Assembly: GCA_950097015.1 (NCBI GenBank)
Contig: CATNEN010000029.1
Span: forward strand, 1,054,001-1,118,000
Source: Macrostomum hystrix
Taxonomy: Eukaryota > Animalia > Platyhelminthes
Length of the DNA stretch: 64,000 nt
Reading direction: 5' to 3'
Below are positions 9,501 to 23,200 of the stretch, piece by piece (the stretch's first letter is position 1; the number at the start of each line of letters is the position of its first letter). Under the pieces are notes generated by a model. The model did not search any database and was not told the origin of the DNA. It was given only the letters and a program-made list of their open reading frames with translations. Made by a program: the position numbers and the translations under genes.

Positions 9501-12500
9501 AATTTCGCGCTTGATTTGCCCAATGCCCATCTTGCCGCATCCCCGACTTGCGGTATCAAGGCTCGGCTTTCTGCCTTTCGGCGGTTAGAGTTTGAGTAGA
9601 GTAGAGTAGAGTAGAGTAGAAAATATTTGAGTAAATAAGAGTTAGACTAGAGTAGAGTTAGACTAGAGTAGAGTAGAAAATAGTAGAGTGGAGTAGACTA
9701 GAGTAGACTAGAGTAGAGTTGAGTAGAGCAGAGTCGAGTCAAGTAGAAGGGGGTAAAGTGGAAGAGTGATCTAACGCATCATGAGTTCGATTCCGCGGCG
9801 AGGCCGCATTCTTTTGGGGCGCAGAGAGAAGGCGTTGGGGCCTGTTAAACCCTTAATAAGCCCTTAGGGGTCAAACTCCGTGGCACAGTGAGAATGCACA
9901 GAGCCTGATGTTGAGAAAGTCAGAGCAGATGTACATACCTATCTCTTAATATGTGCTCTTGGATAGAGTAGACTAGATTAAAGTGGAGCAGAGCAGAGTA
10001 GAGTAGAGTAGAGAAGGTAAGCTTGGAGAAGGCAGCTACCCCATCACTCGCGGGCTGACTCCAATGCACTTTATCGTATTATTAAAGCCGTACTACGAGC
10101 TACTTACTCACTGGTTCAGTGGGTGGGGCAGTTCACATGGCTAATTGTGCGGCGAGTTGGGCTACGGAGTGGAGACCGCTAGCTCTGTTTACTAGAGGCT
10201 CGGAGAAGAAGCTCGACTGGCAATTAATCTCTTTTCCGATGTACGGCAGAATCGCATTGCCCTAGAAGAAGGACGAAGCCGACTTATCCCCTTCACAATG
10301 GGATTAGTTTATCGGATAGTTAAAAAGTGTACAAATTTTAGCCAAGAATGTGAAGGAGTAGCAAATATCAAAACGTTGGAGCAGATAGAAAATAATATAA
10401 TTGCGCGTCGCTTCCCCAAGGCTGTGTACACCTGTCCGTGGAGTAGGGAGTTCCACCCCAATTTCTAACCAGCTGCGTGAAACTAAAGCACTTAAGAATT
10501 CAGGCATCTTACCAATAAAGCAGTGGAATAGCAATGCCAAAGCTCCATTGATCCCTGTCGCGAAATCTGTACCTGCGCAGTGCCCCTCCCTCTCACCTTC
10601 CCTCCTTCTACGAGTAAACTGCTCCTCTCCTAATGTCCTTGTTCACCTGTATTGTACATGCAGATTCTAATTAACTATCGATCCGTTAATTAGGCCCCTG
10701 CTTATCATAACACCTCACCCGTGTCCCCCCATTTTCAACCCCCCTTTTTTCTCTGTCCCTCTGCCGTTCATTTTCAGCCGGCCCCGAGTGCCACCCCTCT
10801 GCTCACCTCGCTCGGCATTGTCCACCCCCCAATTTAATAATGACGTTCAGCGTGTTGTTTCCCATATAGTCTAACGGCATACCCCAAGAACAAGGCAATT
10901 TTCAAGTTCCAAGTGTTGTGCCTTGATCTTTTCAACAATTTCATTATGCCCTGAAGGTCCAGTGGCCGCTGACTGTTTACTTTACACACCTGACCGAATC
11001 GGGCGCTCCGACCTGACGCAGCAGCCGGCAGCTCTTTGCCTTGAGGCTTTGAGTCCTGAATTCACCGCTCGCTTGGCTGCACCCGCCAGTAAAGCTTCAT
11101 CAGCTGAGAACTCTGCCACATCACTTTCTCCTTCTGCATCATCCTTCTGCTCTCCTTCTCTCTTACTCTCCATTTTCTGCACTCCCAGCCCTCTGCTTCA
11201 TTTCTTCTGTAACTCGCAGAGTGTGGAATTTGCCCTCTCTCTCCACTGTCGCTCAGTTGCATTTTTTTCTTGCAATCCTAATTGAGTTTAGATGGAATGC
11301 TGTGCTAGCTACTGAACCCACCGAGCCTGAGCCTAGTATATGAGCTCAGGGGAGCGAGCTAGGGGGGGGGAGGAGGTTTGGGATAAGGGGATGAACTTCT
11401 ACATCCGCGGCGCGGTTTTGTGTGCTTGGGGGATTAGAATCATTTCCTGTTCATGGCCCTTCAAAATTCGTTTGAGTTGCAAACTTTGAGCTCGACAACC
11501 TTGTAGAAGCCTAATAGAAGAAGCAAAGCAAAGGAAAGAGCGATATACTTAGCGTAGATACTAGAAGCCATGGGAACAGCAAGGGAGATGCAAGATCTTG
11601 TCAGTCTGCTCAGCAGCTCATGCATATCGATATTGGGGATCTGGGACTGTCTGTGTCACATAACTAGTGCGAGCCTGCTATAAAACTAGCTATGCTATTG
11701 ATTTTGCTCAGATGGCTGGCCTGAAGTTGCCACACCGCATTTACTAGTGATGCTATGAATAGTAAGGAGTATGCGTAGAATATAATATAATGTAATGTAG
11801 TCTAATATAATAGAATAGAATAGAATGGAATAGGATAAAAGAGGTAAGAGTAGAATATAATATCCTAGAATGCTATCGAATAGAATAGAATCGAAGAGTA
11901 TATAAATGGATAAAGTATAGTAGAATGGAATAAAACAGAAATGAAAAAATAGAACAAAGGAAAAATAATAGAAGTAAACTCGACCATCCCGCCTCATGCC
12001 TCCAGTCCGCGGCACTGAGCAAGCTGCTTGAGCACCGTCGGATCCCGGGCGAAGGTCGCGAACTCGCCAAACGAAACCGGGCTGCTCGTATCGCTGCAGC
12101 CGCGGCGGCGGCGGCGGCGGCGACATCTGCCGCGTCAGTCTCCGGAGCTGCTGCATCAACATCGTCGACAAATGCCCGCTACCATTCGCCGTCGCAGCCA
12201 ACCGGCGAACTAGTCGCCGATCAGATCCTCACCTTGCCGTCCGCATCGTCACTTTCAATCGACGGGTCTTCGCCTCGCGGCAGTCGCGAGTCCAGCCAGG
12301 AGCCGCGCCAACTGGAGGCCTCCGCCCTGGCGGTGGCGGCGCAGACGGCCAGCTACGACGATCTGCAGCTCCGCCTGGCCGGCGTCCAGATCCGTCTGCA
12401 GGATCCCGACGGACTGGCGCCTGACGAGCGAGACCTGCTCAAGGCCGAGTTCCACCTGCTAATGACGGAGCTGCGCCGCCGGAAAACGAATCGCGGCGAC

Positions 12501-12695
12501 GGCGACTTCGACGATCCAGAATTCGACCGGATGCCGGCGGCCAGGCGGAAGCAGTCGCTGGTGTCGCTGCGCTCGTTCGGACGGCGACGGTCGACTTCGT
12601 CCCAGCAGCAGCAGCAGCAGCAGCTGCAGGATCAGCAGCCAAATCTGACAGTTTTTACTAGCCGGCGCTTTGAGTCCTGGGAGTATGAGGTCTAG
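6534..12695 (+). CDS. WS/DGAT-family (wax ester synthase/diacylglycerol acyltransferase-like) protein, 3 exons, about 880 aa, two apparent frameshifts
   Basis: Exons 6534-7365 (donor gtcagt), 7661-8792 (acceptor ttttag, donor gtgcga) and 12006-12695 (acceptor ctccag, stop TAG); all junctions phase 0. Family-like motifs: W..D..FNLDDHV, RPLWE, YRQHPSFADG (HHxxxDG position), NPLHG, SLND, GPPGP..WMDG.QV..I.YW.P, TFYAYADRL.VG. The frame shifts near 6790 and near 8620. Confidence 0.75.
7427..7575. repeat. 16-bp minisatellite in WS/DGAT intron 1
   Basis: Unit gagtgag(t/g)tggctgtg, about 8 copies. Confidence 0.9.
8803..9245. repeat. 15/16-bp alternating (31-bp higher-order) minisatellite at the start of WS/DGAT intron 2
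   Basis: ctgagtcccgattct alternating with ctgagtcccgattctt, decaying into ccgaatcccgattctt. Confidence 0.95.
9585..9745. repeat. (AGAGT)n-like pentamer tract
   Basis: tagagtagag repeats with variants. Similar tracts at 9960-10015 and (ATAGA)n-like at 11760-11960. Confidence 0.9.
9755..9942 (+). mobile_element. SINE family A, degenerate partial copy
   Basis: gagttcgattccgcggcgaggccgcatt, ggcacagtgaga, gagaaagtcag, gcagatgtaca; collinear with the other A copies. Confidence 0.65.
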
Positions 12696-14009
12696 CCCTT
12701 TTTATTTTCTTTCATTGAGTGGCGCCCACAAATTCGTTACAAATTTAGCAGCGTTACTAAATCGCAGTTAACTTTCGTTGCTTGCTGTTTTTGCTTTCTT
12801 GTAAATTTTTTAATGTCGCGATTCGTCTATTGATATTCATTGAAGACCACTTTGTGAACTTATAATGATTTTGCTAAAGAAAATTTTTTAATTATTTTAA
12901 ATAGACAAGAACTTATACGAGCTATAGAAATTTAGGTGATAAAAGATTTCAGAGAGAATTTGTTCATGCTTCGCTGCGTTGCTGTGCTAATTGCTGTTGT
13001 CAGGCATACTATGTAGCTGGCTTTCACTATAATAATTTGCACGTCTATAAATAAATTTGATTTACGAGTGCATCTGCCATTTTAGACTTCCAGCGCAATG
13101 CGATTTGTGTATTTTCTGCACACCTTTTTAGCGTCTGTATGTTGGGAATGACGATCCGACAAACGACAAAACGAGTAGGACATTTTTGCATGCTGGGTGG
13201 GTGTTTGCACGCCTGTTACACCTATAGGGGATTATGTCGAATTAATACTGAACTGGTTATTGAAATGTTGCTAAAATGTAAGAAAATAAAAAAGATCACA
13301 CGTAGTAATCGATTTATACCATAAGTTTTATTTCGTTAAGACTGAAAGAAAATAAATCATAGCGAGATTTGCCTTTACTTACGAGCTAAGTTAACATTAT
13401 AACGAAGTCTATAATTACAAGTTACATGATTCACAGATTTCAATGATTTATACGTTTTTTAATCTTATTAAGAAAGACCAGCTGAGATGGGTTAGGGAAC
13501 AACGGATACTTTGGGCTGGATCGATCAGACAAAAACTTTCTGGGAAACAACACCGGACAGTGATCAAAAAGTGGTATTGTGACAGAACAAAATATTCTAT
13601 CGAGAAGTTCGTTGCAATCAAAACTATATCACAATTTTACACCAAACTAGTAGGTACAACAGTATTTAGCATAAAAATGTATATGGACATTTGAGACCAT
13701 AAAAGCATTTGTCACGAAGCGATATAACAAGAATACTTTAAAAAGCATGATTGTGTTATCACAAAATAAGGTCAAAATATTGAGTGTTATTGTCGAGATA
13801 ATTTCACGACGACATGAAAAATATTCAACAAAGACTAAGTTTCGTTTACTTTATTTAAATAAGCTTTTTTGGACGAAGAGATGGACGAACAAGCATGGTC
13901 ATTCACATAAACAATTGTATCACAATCCTCGAAAGTATTTACTGACAAGAAATCAACGATTGCACATTCTTTGCAGAGCAAAATGTATGCCTTTTAGGAT
14001 GTGGTGGCG

Positions 14010-14222
14010 ATGGAGGTCGCATCTAGAGCCACGTGATCAGTGGCAGAATGGACGCGCTGGGATGGAGGTCGCATCTAGAGCCACGTGATCAGTGGCAGAA
14101 TGGACGCAGCGGTGGGATGGAGGTCGCATCTAGAGCCACGTGATCAGTGGCAGAATGGACGCAGCGGTGGGATGGAGGTCGCATCTAGAGCCACGTGATC
14201 AGTGGCAGAATGGACGCGCTGG
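14010..14222 (-). repeat. Four tandem copies (52-55 bp) of the PLD terminal codons plus stop
   Basis: Unit atggaggtcgcatctagagccacgtgatcagtggcagaatggacgc(gc/agcgg)tggg at 14010, 14062, 14117, 14172. The last copy contains the real PLD stop. Confidence 0.95.
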
Positions 14223-17200
14223 AAATTCGGCCAACCTGAAAGTCTAGGCTGACACCGTCCAGAAAGTGCAAGGGAAACTCCACCAGAAAGCCGTGAACTT
14301 CGCCCTCCAGCTGCTGCAGAGCCTGTTGGCGATTGGTTAAAGCCAAGCCTGGCTGACTAATCCACTGCCGCAGCTCTCGATAGTTGCAGGCCCGATCAGT
14401 GGGGTAGCAGTGGAAGACATGCTCGAAGATCTCCGTGTTGCGCCGTGCGGTTCCCGACCACACCTGATGAAACAGCTGGTCGCTTGTTGGGTCCATCAGT
14501 GCCTGGTTGATGGGGTCGCTGATAGATACGCCAAGATGTTCCCGCATGAGACAGCGCCTAAGGGAGCCGCAAAATGCGCCTACCATCACCTTGCCGACCG
14601 CGCCGACGCCCCCGTTCGATGCTCCAACTGATGGTGCTGCTGACTGCCACTCTGCTGGCGACAGGTCCGAGCCAGTGTCCTCAAAGCGGACGGCAATCTC
14701 TGAATCGCGATAGCCTAGCAGTGACCTGTCATTGATGTTGGCGGAGCCAATGATGGCAATGCGATCGTCCACTATGAGCAGCTTGCTGTGGACATATATT
14801 AGCTCAGTGCACAGATCGCCGTTAGAAAGCTGGCCCCAGGTGCGCAGTGCGCAAATAGACAGGTAATCAGAAGCCTGGATACCCGCATCGGACAGCTGAG
14901 CCATCATTGAGTTCTCTGATCTGCACAAGCACGCGTAGGTGTGATGCAAAATCTTCTTAATGCTGTCAGCGCTGCTAGGTCCTTCGGCTACGTCGCCTTC
15001 AAACTGCGGCAGCAGAGGCAGCACCAGGTAGACGCGGAACTGACGACCCTCACGGCTGGCGCGGATGATGCGCTGGACCAGCCGGCTGGCGATGGGATTC
15101 TGCACCGGCCACTTGCGGCCGAGGGTCTCGTCGGCGCAGCTGATGAAGAACTGATTCTCAACGTAGACGTAGTGCTCAGCGCCGTCGATGGCGGCGCACA
15201 TCGCGTTGAGAACAGAGGTCTCTGGCTCCTCGATGCCGCCAGACCACATGCCCAGGCTGCGCAATACGTTTACACGATTGGCGAATTTCGGCGCGATGCT
15301 TTTGAAGGGCAGCGGTTGCTGGCGACTTGGCGGCTTCGGGTCCGACTGGGAAGGAACTGACTTCAGCTGGTGATGGTGATGCGACTGCTGCTGCTGCTGA
15401 GAAGTGGGTGCATGCTGGTGCAATCGGTCTAACAGACTGAAGAACGTTCGCCGCTGCTCCGGCTTTCCCGGCTGCGCTTGGCCGGCCGCCGTGTTGTCAA
15501 CCTCCGGCTCCAGGTCGCTGTTGTCTGGCACGGACGAATCGGGCTTCAGCGCCTTCGGGATGAGCAGGGGCAGCTTGCTGCCGGACTTACTCTTGACTGT
15601 GAAGTTCCAGCGCTCGATGAAGTGCCGGGCAACATCGCGAGCTGCGTTGCCGCCGACAACGCAGCCAATGTCGTGCCAAGGCATGCGCGGCACGCGGCCC
15701 CGGTCAACGAGCTCTGCAGATGGCGAATTGCAGAAAACAGAAATTTACTTTCGGACTAAAACATTCTATGACCTTGGCGCCAGGGAGGAGGGCAGTGGCC
15801 GAGCGGTTAACGCGTTTGCCTCGGGCGCCAAGGTCCCTGAGCTCGATTCCACAGCGAGGCCACATTCGTTCGGTGTGTCCAAGGCACAGTGAGAGTGTAC
15901 ACTGCCTGACGATGAGAAAGTCAGGCCAGATGCATACACCAGTGTGCGTGTGTGTGCGTGTGAGTCAGCGAAATGGGCAGAATTGCCTCCTCGCTGGCTG
16001 TGGGTCTAGTATCACCAAATAGTGCGCCATTGCCCGCAGCCCTCCTGCAGTTATTACTATTATTATATTGGTGCCAGGGCCCAGCTACTACATAGAAGTT
16101 AGGATAAATACTATTGTTAGAACAACTGCATCAGTCAAATATAGTGCAAGCACTCAGTTCTTCAGTTCTTGGCCAACTCGAGGGCGCTAATTAACTCACC
16201 TCCCACCCCGGTCCAGGAAACCGGGACTGCAATTCTGCGAGATCCGGGCGAAGCGGGGGTGGCACATGAGCGTAATCCCCAGGACAGCGGGAGGGAATTG
16301 AAATGTCGCTGCGAATGCTTGGGAAGAAGAGGGTTGGCGCTTGAACACGGACCTAAATTGAGTTCTCTTTCACTTCAAGAGCGTGAGAGAATGGAGGCTG
16401 ATGCATGCGTACGGAGCATATTAGAAAAAAGATTTGCCCGGGAAGGAAAAAGTAAGACGCATCAAAGCCAAAAAAACCAAAAAACCAAGACGAGAATCTA
16501 CTTATAGTAGCATCAATTGCGTCATTGATAACATTTTGTTGTAGATGTTGTTTTATTGCATTCCGCTTAACAGTGGACCCAGCTTGGGTGCGTGAGAGAT
16601 GGGACAATGGAAGATTGGGACTAGGGGCGTATGAGGGACAACATGAAATTAGGATTGGCTGCGACAGAGATGAGACAATATGAGATTGGGATTTGATGCA
16701 TGAGAGATGGGACAATATGAGATTGGGATTTGATGCATGAGAGATGGGACAATATGAGATTGGGATTTGATGCATGAGAGATGGGACAATATGAGATTGG
16801 GATTTGATGCATGAGAGATGGGATAACACGAGATTGGGGTTGGATTTTTGAGTGATTGGATAACACGAGATTGGGATTCGATTCGTGAGAGATGGGATAA
16901 AAGGAGTGTGGGAGTAGATGTGCTCACCCTCCTCAGGCAGGTGCAGCCTCACTGGCTCCTTGAGAATCCAGTTGACGTAATCTTTTCCGCGCCACATGCG
17001 AATCTTTGCCGCCTCGTCCGGCCTGATGGCGAAACTCGGATCGATCTCGGTGCTGAAATTCAGGAATAAACAGGTAAACCATTAACAAAGAGACAGCTGC
17101 ACGACAGTGACTGCTTAATTCTCAACCGATTGACAGGTGATTTCTCAACCGATTGACACGAGGTTTCTTTATATCGTTATTAGTATTTGCGGATTGGCAA

Positions 17201-20200
17201 GTTATGATTGTACTTGATCGTAAAAAAGTAAGTTTAATTTTTATATGAAAATGCGATAGTAAAAAATGTGTGGTCCTTATGCAAGATCAGATGTAAAAAA
17301 TCCACAGATAACATTCTATTCAACGTTTATGAACAGGATAAGGCAGGGAAATAACTCCCATTGTTATTAAAATGATATTCAGTTGCACCACCGCTGTCAA
17401 GCTATAAGCCAGATCCCACATCGCAATCCCATGTGGGGGAATGCTCCCGCTTGTAGTTAAGAACAACAATGCGCGCATTTCCATATTGGTAGTGATAGAG
17501 AAGCAATTGCTACGCCAAGTAATAGTACAGGTGTTGAAAAATTTAACTTTACTGCTGCGCCAGACTGAAGCGGTAAAAAATACAGGCCCATGCGGAAATT
17601 AACTGAAAATCTACGACTGAAAAAACTGCTGAGAAGGAAACTGCGGAGAGAATGTGGAACCAACTGGAGAGAGGATTGCGTTAACAGGACTGGCGACTGT
17701 GTACACTCTGGATATTGTTTACTCCAACTCACCCACCCACTCACTCTCTCACCCAATCACCCACCCACTCACTCATCACCCACCCACTCACCCACTCACT
17801 CTCTCACCCTCTCACTCACTCACCCACTCACTCACCCACTCACCCACTCACCCACTCACCCACTCACCCACTCACCCACTCACCCACTCAACCACTCACC
17901 CACTCACCCACTCACCCACTCACCCACTCACCCACTCAACCACTCACCCACTCACCCACTCACCCACTCACCCACTCACCGACTCACTCACTCACTCACT
18001 CATCACCAACTCACCCACTCACCCACTCACTCACTCATCACCCACTCACCCACTCACTCATCACCTACTCACTCACTCACCCACTCACTCACCCACTCAC
18101 CCACTCACTCACCCACTCACCCACTCACTCACCCACTCACCCACTCACCCACTCACTCACCCACTCACTCACCCACTCACCCACTCACTCACCCACTCAC
18201 CCACTCACCCACTCACTGACTTTAAATAGTTTTCTTACATTCTCCCACTCTTTGTGTTATTCACTGCAAAAATTAGCATTAAAAATGGCTTTGTCTCTTG
18301 CTCGGCTTCAACCCATTTTCACTTTGTTTTGTCTTTGATTACACAAAAAATCCCTAAGTACTCGTATAATCTAGTCGCACTCAGCACTGAGACCTGTTGA
18401 GGCTCAGCTTGCCAAAGAAAAAAACAGACAACGGCATTTCACTCACCCGCCAACTTCAGTAAAAGTACTATTGCACTCACTGGACCTTGGCAACTAGGAA
18501 TTTAGGTTGCTGTGGAGACTAAGAGAGCTAGGCTGTATAAATTTTTCATTGCTTGCTATCATGAGGTACAACTCAAATGTTGGGCAATGCTCCGCATCAA
18601 GCTCATTAATTATTATTGAAATGCGCTTTGCCTAAAAATGCAAAAAAATTCCCGATCGATGCGAGAAATCAGCTATGCTTTTGTCAGTTTTATTAAAAGT
18701 GAAAATGGGAGCTATTTTTAATAGATGTAAATTGAATTAAAACCTGAAATATACAATTATAGATTATTCATAGATCTGATTCAAAGAAATCTTCATCTGT
18801 TCAATGGAAAAAACGAACTGAATGACAGGAGGGTAATGCACAGATGCACCTGCTGACAGGAGGGTAATGCACAGATGCACCTACTGACAGGAGGTTAATG
18901 CACAGATGCACCTATTGACAGGAGGGTAATGCACAGATGCACCTACTGACAGGAGGGTAATGCACAGATGCACCTACTGACAGGAGGGTAATGCACAGAT
19001 GCACCTACTGACAGGAGGGTAATGCACAGATGCACTGAATATACTTTTATTAATTAAGAGAGATAATAAAAAACTCAAATAATTTATGGTAAAATAGCTC
19101 CACTGCGGTCGGCGCAGTAGTTTTAAGCAAAATTGAAAATGATTGATGGTGTTAATTGTCTCTGAATACAAAACAAGCCATTTCAGTCTAATTAATAAGC
19201 GCATTTTAGTGGATGTGCCAATAAAAAAGCAAATATATATACATATTTAATATACTGGCATCCAGGGCAGGTGTCTAGTCATACTAGACAAGGAGACAGG
19301 GTGAGAAGGAGACAGGGTGAGAAGGAGACAGGGTGAGAAGGAGACAGGGTGAGAAGGAGACAGGGTGAGAAGGAGACAGGGTGAGAAGGAGACAGGGTGA
19401 GAAGGAGACAGGGTGAGAAGGAGACAGGGTGAGAAGGAGACAGGGTGAGAAGGAGACAGGGTAAGAAGGAGGCAGGTGAGGAGGGGTGGAGAATTGAATA
19501 TGCGAAGCTGAGAGGCTACTCACACTCCAGTGCTGGGCTCGCCTCGCCGAAGTCTCTCGCGCACACCGCGTGTCACCCGTCGCCTCTCGGCATTGCTCCT
19601 CAAAAATTTGCCCATTCTCTGCATGACGGGATCGTGATGGCGCACTTGCACCTGGCCATCCTTCAAACGCTTGGCGTCTGGCGTGTCAGCAACGAGACGG
19701 CGGTCTTCGGCTGCGCGCTGCTCTCTGGCAGTCTCGGCCTCGATGTCGGCGACTCCGGTGGCCGCAGCGACAGCCGCGGCTGCGGCATCGCCGGCCTCCG
19801 CGGTAGAAGCGTATCGGCGCAGCACGACGGAGTCGGCGACGCCTCCGCCACCGCCGGCGACGCCGTTGGCTCCAGCGCCGCCGCCTCCACGTCGAAGAAT
19901 TTTTCGCAGACGCTCGCTGACGGCGGAAGCTCGACTCCAAGATCGATCTGGCAGCGGCTGCTGCTGCTGCTGCGGGGCGATCTCTTCTGTCCTCTGCGTC
20001 GGCGGAACTGTTGTTCGTCGAGTTTCCTGAGCGCCTCCGGTGCTGCCGCCGCCGACTGAGCTGCCATCAGAGCTAAGCTCCGATATGCGGTCCATGCCGG
20101 CGGGTCCGTTCCGCTCCGGTGAGGAGGTGCCCGAGTGACCTTCGCCAGCTGACGAGTCGCCGTCGCTGCCACCGTTCTGTTTTCGAGAGTTCAAATTGAA

Positions 20201-23200
20201 TTATTTGATAACAACACTTGCAGCGTTTCTACAGGATTTTCGATCTGGATTTAAACATGAGTTCGACCGATCAGATATCAGAGATTTCGGGATCTCAAAG
20301 GATACGGGATTTCAAAGGATTTCTAAGAATCCAGGATTTCTTAGAATTCGTGGTGTAGAAGAGACTGGGATTTTCTCAAAGAATCCGGGATCTCAAAGAA
20401 TCATGGATCTCAAAAAATCAAGGATCTCAAAGAATCCGGGATTTCAAAGAGTGTGGGATTTCAAGGAGTGTGGGATTTCAAAGAGTGTGGGATTTCAAAG
20501 AGTGTGGGATTTCAAGGAGTGTGGGATTTCAAGGAGTGTGGGATTTCAAAGAGTGTGAGATTTCAAAGAGTGTGGGATTTCAAGGAGTTTGGGATTTCAA
20601 AGAGTGTGGGACTTCAAAGAGTGTGGGATTTCAGAGAATCCGAATTCTTTGAATCCGGTGTTTTGGAGAGTCTGGGATTTCGAAGAATCCGGGATTTCAG
20701 AGAATCTGGGATTTCGGAGAATCTAGGATTTCGGAGAATCTAGGATTTCGAAAATAAACCAAAAATTTAAAGAATCTGAGATTTTGGAGAGTCGGTGATT
20801 CTGGATGATCCGGGATTTCGGAGAATCTGGTACTTCGGAGTGGCTCAGAGACGGAGACGCTCACACGCGCCCAAAGACATTCATGAGGACACACAATTAT
20901 ACTATCCTGATTATTTCTAAAAGTACAATTTTTTATACACTTGTCGGTGTAACTATTTCGTCTGTAGGCCGGAATTTTCTTACAAGATTGTATTCCTCAA
21001 AATAAGTCCATCGCATATATGCAACAATTATCCATTTAATTTCCAAATGGCCTTCAATTATATGACAAAATCGGACTATTTATTATTCATGTGTTTACTT
21101 AAACTTTGCCAATGCAAACATCAGCCCGCCAGTGTCGTCTCACGTCTCGGCTTGAACAGAGAAAGTTCAAGAAAACAACGGGGCAGAAAAATGGGCCAGA
21201 GAAATTGAGGAATTTTGTGGATAATATATGAAGAAATTATGGGATTAAATCTGAGAAATTGATGGGATAAAATCTGAATAAAGGATGGAATAAATCAGAA
21301 GAAAAGGTGGGATAAATCAAAAGAAAGGATCGGAGAAATTTGAAGAAAGAATGGGATAAATCTGAATAAAGAATGGGATAAATCTAAAGAAAGGATGGGA
21401 TAAAATCTAAACAGAGAATGTGATAAATCTGAATAGAGAATGGGATAAAACTATAAATAAGAGAATGGGATAAATCTGAAATAGAGAATGGGATAAATCT
21501 GAATAAAGAATGGGATAAATCTGAATAAAGAATGGGATAAATCTGAATAGAGAATGGGATAAATCTGAATAGAGAATGGGATAAATCTGAATAGAGAATG
21601 GGATAAATCTGAACAAAGAATGGGATAAATCTGAATAGAGAATGGGATAATATCGGGAGAAAGGATGGGATAAATCTGAAATAAGAATGGGATAAATCTG
21701 AATAACGAATGGGATAAATCTGAATAGAGAATGGGATAACATCGGGAGAAAGGATGGGAAAAATCTAAATTAAGAATGGGATAATAACGGAAGAAAGGAT
21801 GGGATAAATCGGAAAAAATAATGGTAAAAATCTGAATAAAGAATGGGATAATGTCTGAAGAAAGGGTAGGATAATATCGGAAGAAAGAATGGGATGAATC
21901 GAAGGAATGGATGGGATGAGTCGAAGGAATGGATGGGATAATGTCTGAAGAAAGGGTGGGATAATATCGGAAGAAAGAATGGGATGAATCGAAGGAATAG
22001 ATGGGATGAGTCGAAGGAATAGGATGGGATAAATCGAAGGAATGGATGAGATGAATCGAAGGAATGGATGGGATGAATCGAAGGAATGGATGAGATAAAT
22101 CGAAGGAATGGATGGGATAAATCGAAGGAATGGATGGGATGAATCTAAGGAATGGATGGGATGAATCCAAGGAATGGATGGGATGAATCGAAGGAATGGA
22201 TGGGATAAATCGAAGGAATGGATGGGATAAATCGAAGGAATGGATTGGATAAATCGAAGGAATGGATGGGATGAATCCAAGGAATGGATGGGATGAATCG
22301 AAGGAATGGATGGGATAAATCGAAGGAATGGATGGGATGAATCGAAGGAATGGATGGGATAAATCGAAGGAATGGATGGGATAAATCGAAGGAATGGATG
22401 GGATAAATCGAAGGAATGGATGGGATGAATCCAAGGAATGGATGGGATGAATCGAAGGAATGGATGGGATAAATCGAAGGAATGGATTGGATAAATCGAA
22501 GGAATGGATGGGATGAATCGAAGGAATGGATGGGATAAATCGAAGGAATGGATGGGATGAATCGAAGGAATGGATGGGATGAATCGAAGGAATGGATGGG
22601 ATGAATCGAAGGAATGGATGAGATGAATCGAAGGAATGGATGGGATAAATCGAAGGAATGGATTGGATAAATCGAAGGAATGGATGGGATGAATCGAAGG
22701 AATGGATGGGATAAATCGAAGGAATGGATGGGATGAATCGAAGGAATGGATGGGATGAATCGAAGGAATGGATGGGATGAATCGAAGGAATGGATGAGAT
22801 GAATCGAAGGAATGGATGGGAAAAGTCGAAGGAATGGATGGGTTGAATTGCAAGAACGGGTCGGATAAAATATGATGAAATGATGAGACAAAATCTGATA
22901 TAGTAAGCTAAGTACTCGTAATTGTAAAGTAGTAATAAATTAATAACAACTAATGATGTAGTAAGGTCGTAAAAGGGTGTCTTGCTCAAGGGAATAATTT
23001 TTTCTCACGATCACAATCTCTTAATAACAATAAAGAATACACTAGTCTAGCCTATCTTAAGCAGAGAAGACTGCTTAATTAAATGCAGAAATTGTTGTTC
23101 TATTCTAGCTATTGTTTTTAAAAAAAGCAGGACAGCAGCTCTGTCTGCTTGCGTATCACAGCAGAGCAACAATTGGACAATTGGGGGGCTGACGGGAGAG

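Noticed and set aside
10923-11285. Short ORFs and a pyrimidine tract in WS/DGAT intron 2
   Set aside because: No domain similarity or clean splice sites; low-complexity S/L/F composition.
15905-15930. Hammerhead-like string CTGACGA-TGA-GAAA-GTC in SINE A
   Set aside because: There is no room for stem II or stem III. The string is explained by the simple hairpin cctgac[gatgagaaa]gtcagg.
15980-16050. HDV-like ribozyme at GCCTCCTCGCTGGC in SINE A
   Set aside because: No GG for P1.1 follows a 7-nt P1 3' strand, there is no good upstream P1 partner or J4/2, and a competing local hairpin uses the same bases. Kept only as a side note in the SINE-A finding.
21407-22989. Long ORFs up to 512 aa (also 16353-16997, 17590-18338, 34701-35883, 36410-37005, 37455-37929, 49399-50212, 51653-52590, 56089-56721)
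   Set aside because: They are translations of stop-free minisatellites, open in several frames, periodic, and lie in introns or spacers of genes already explained.
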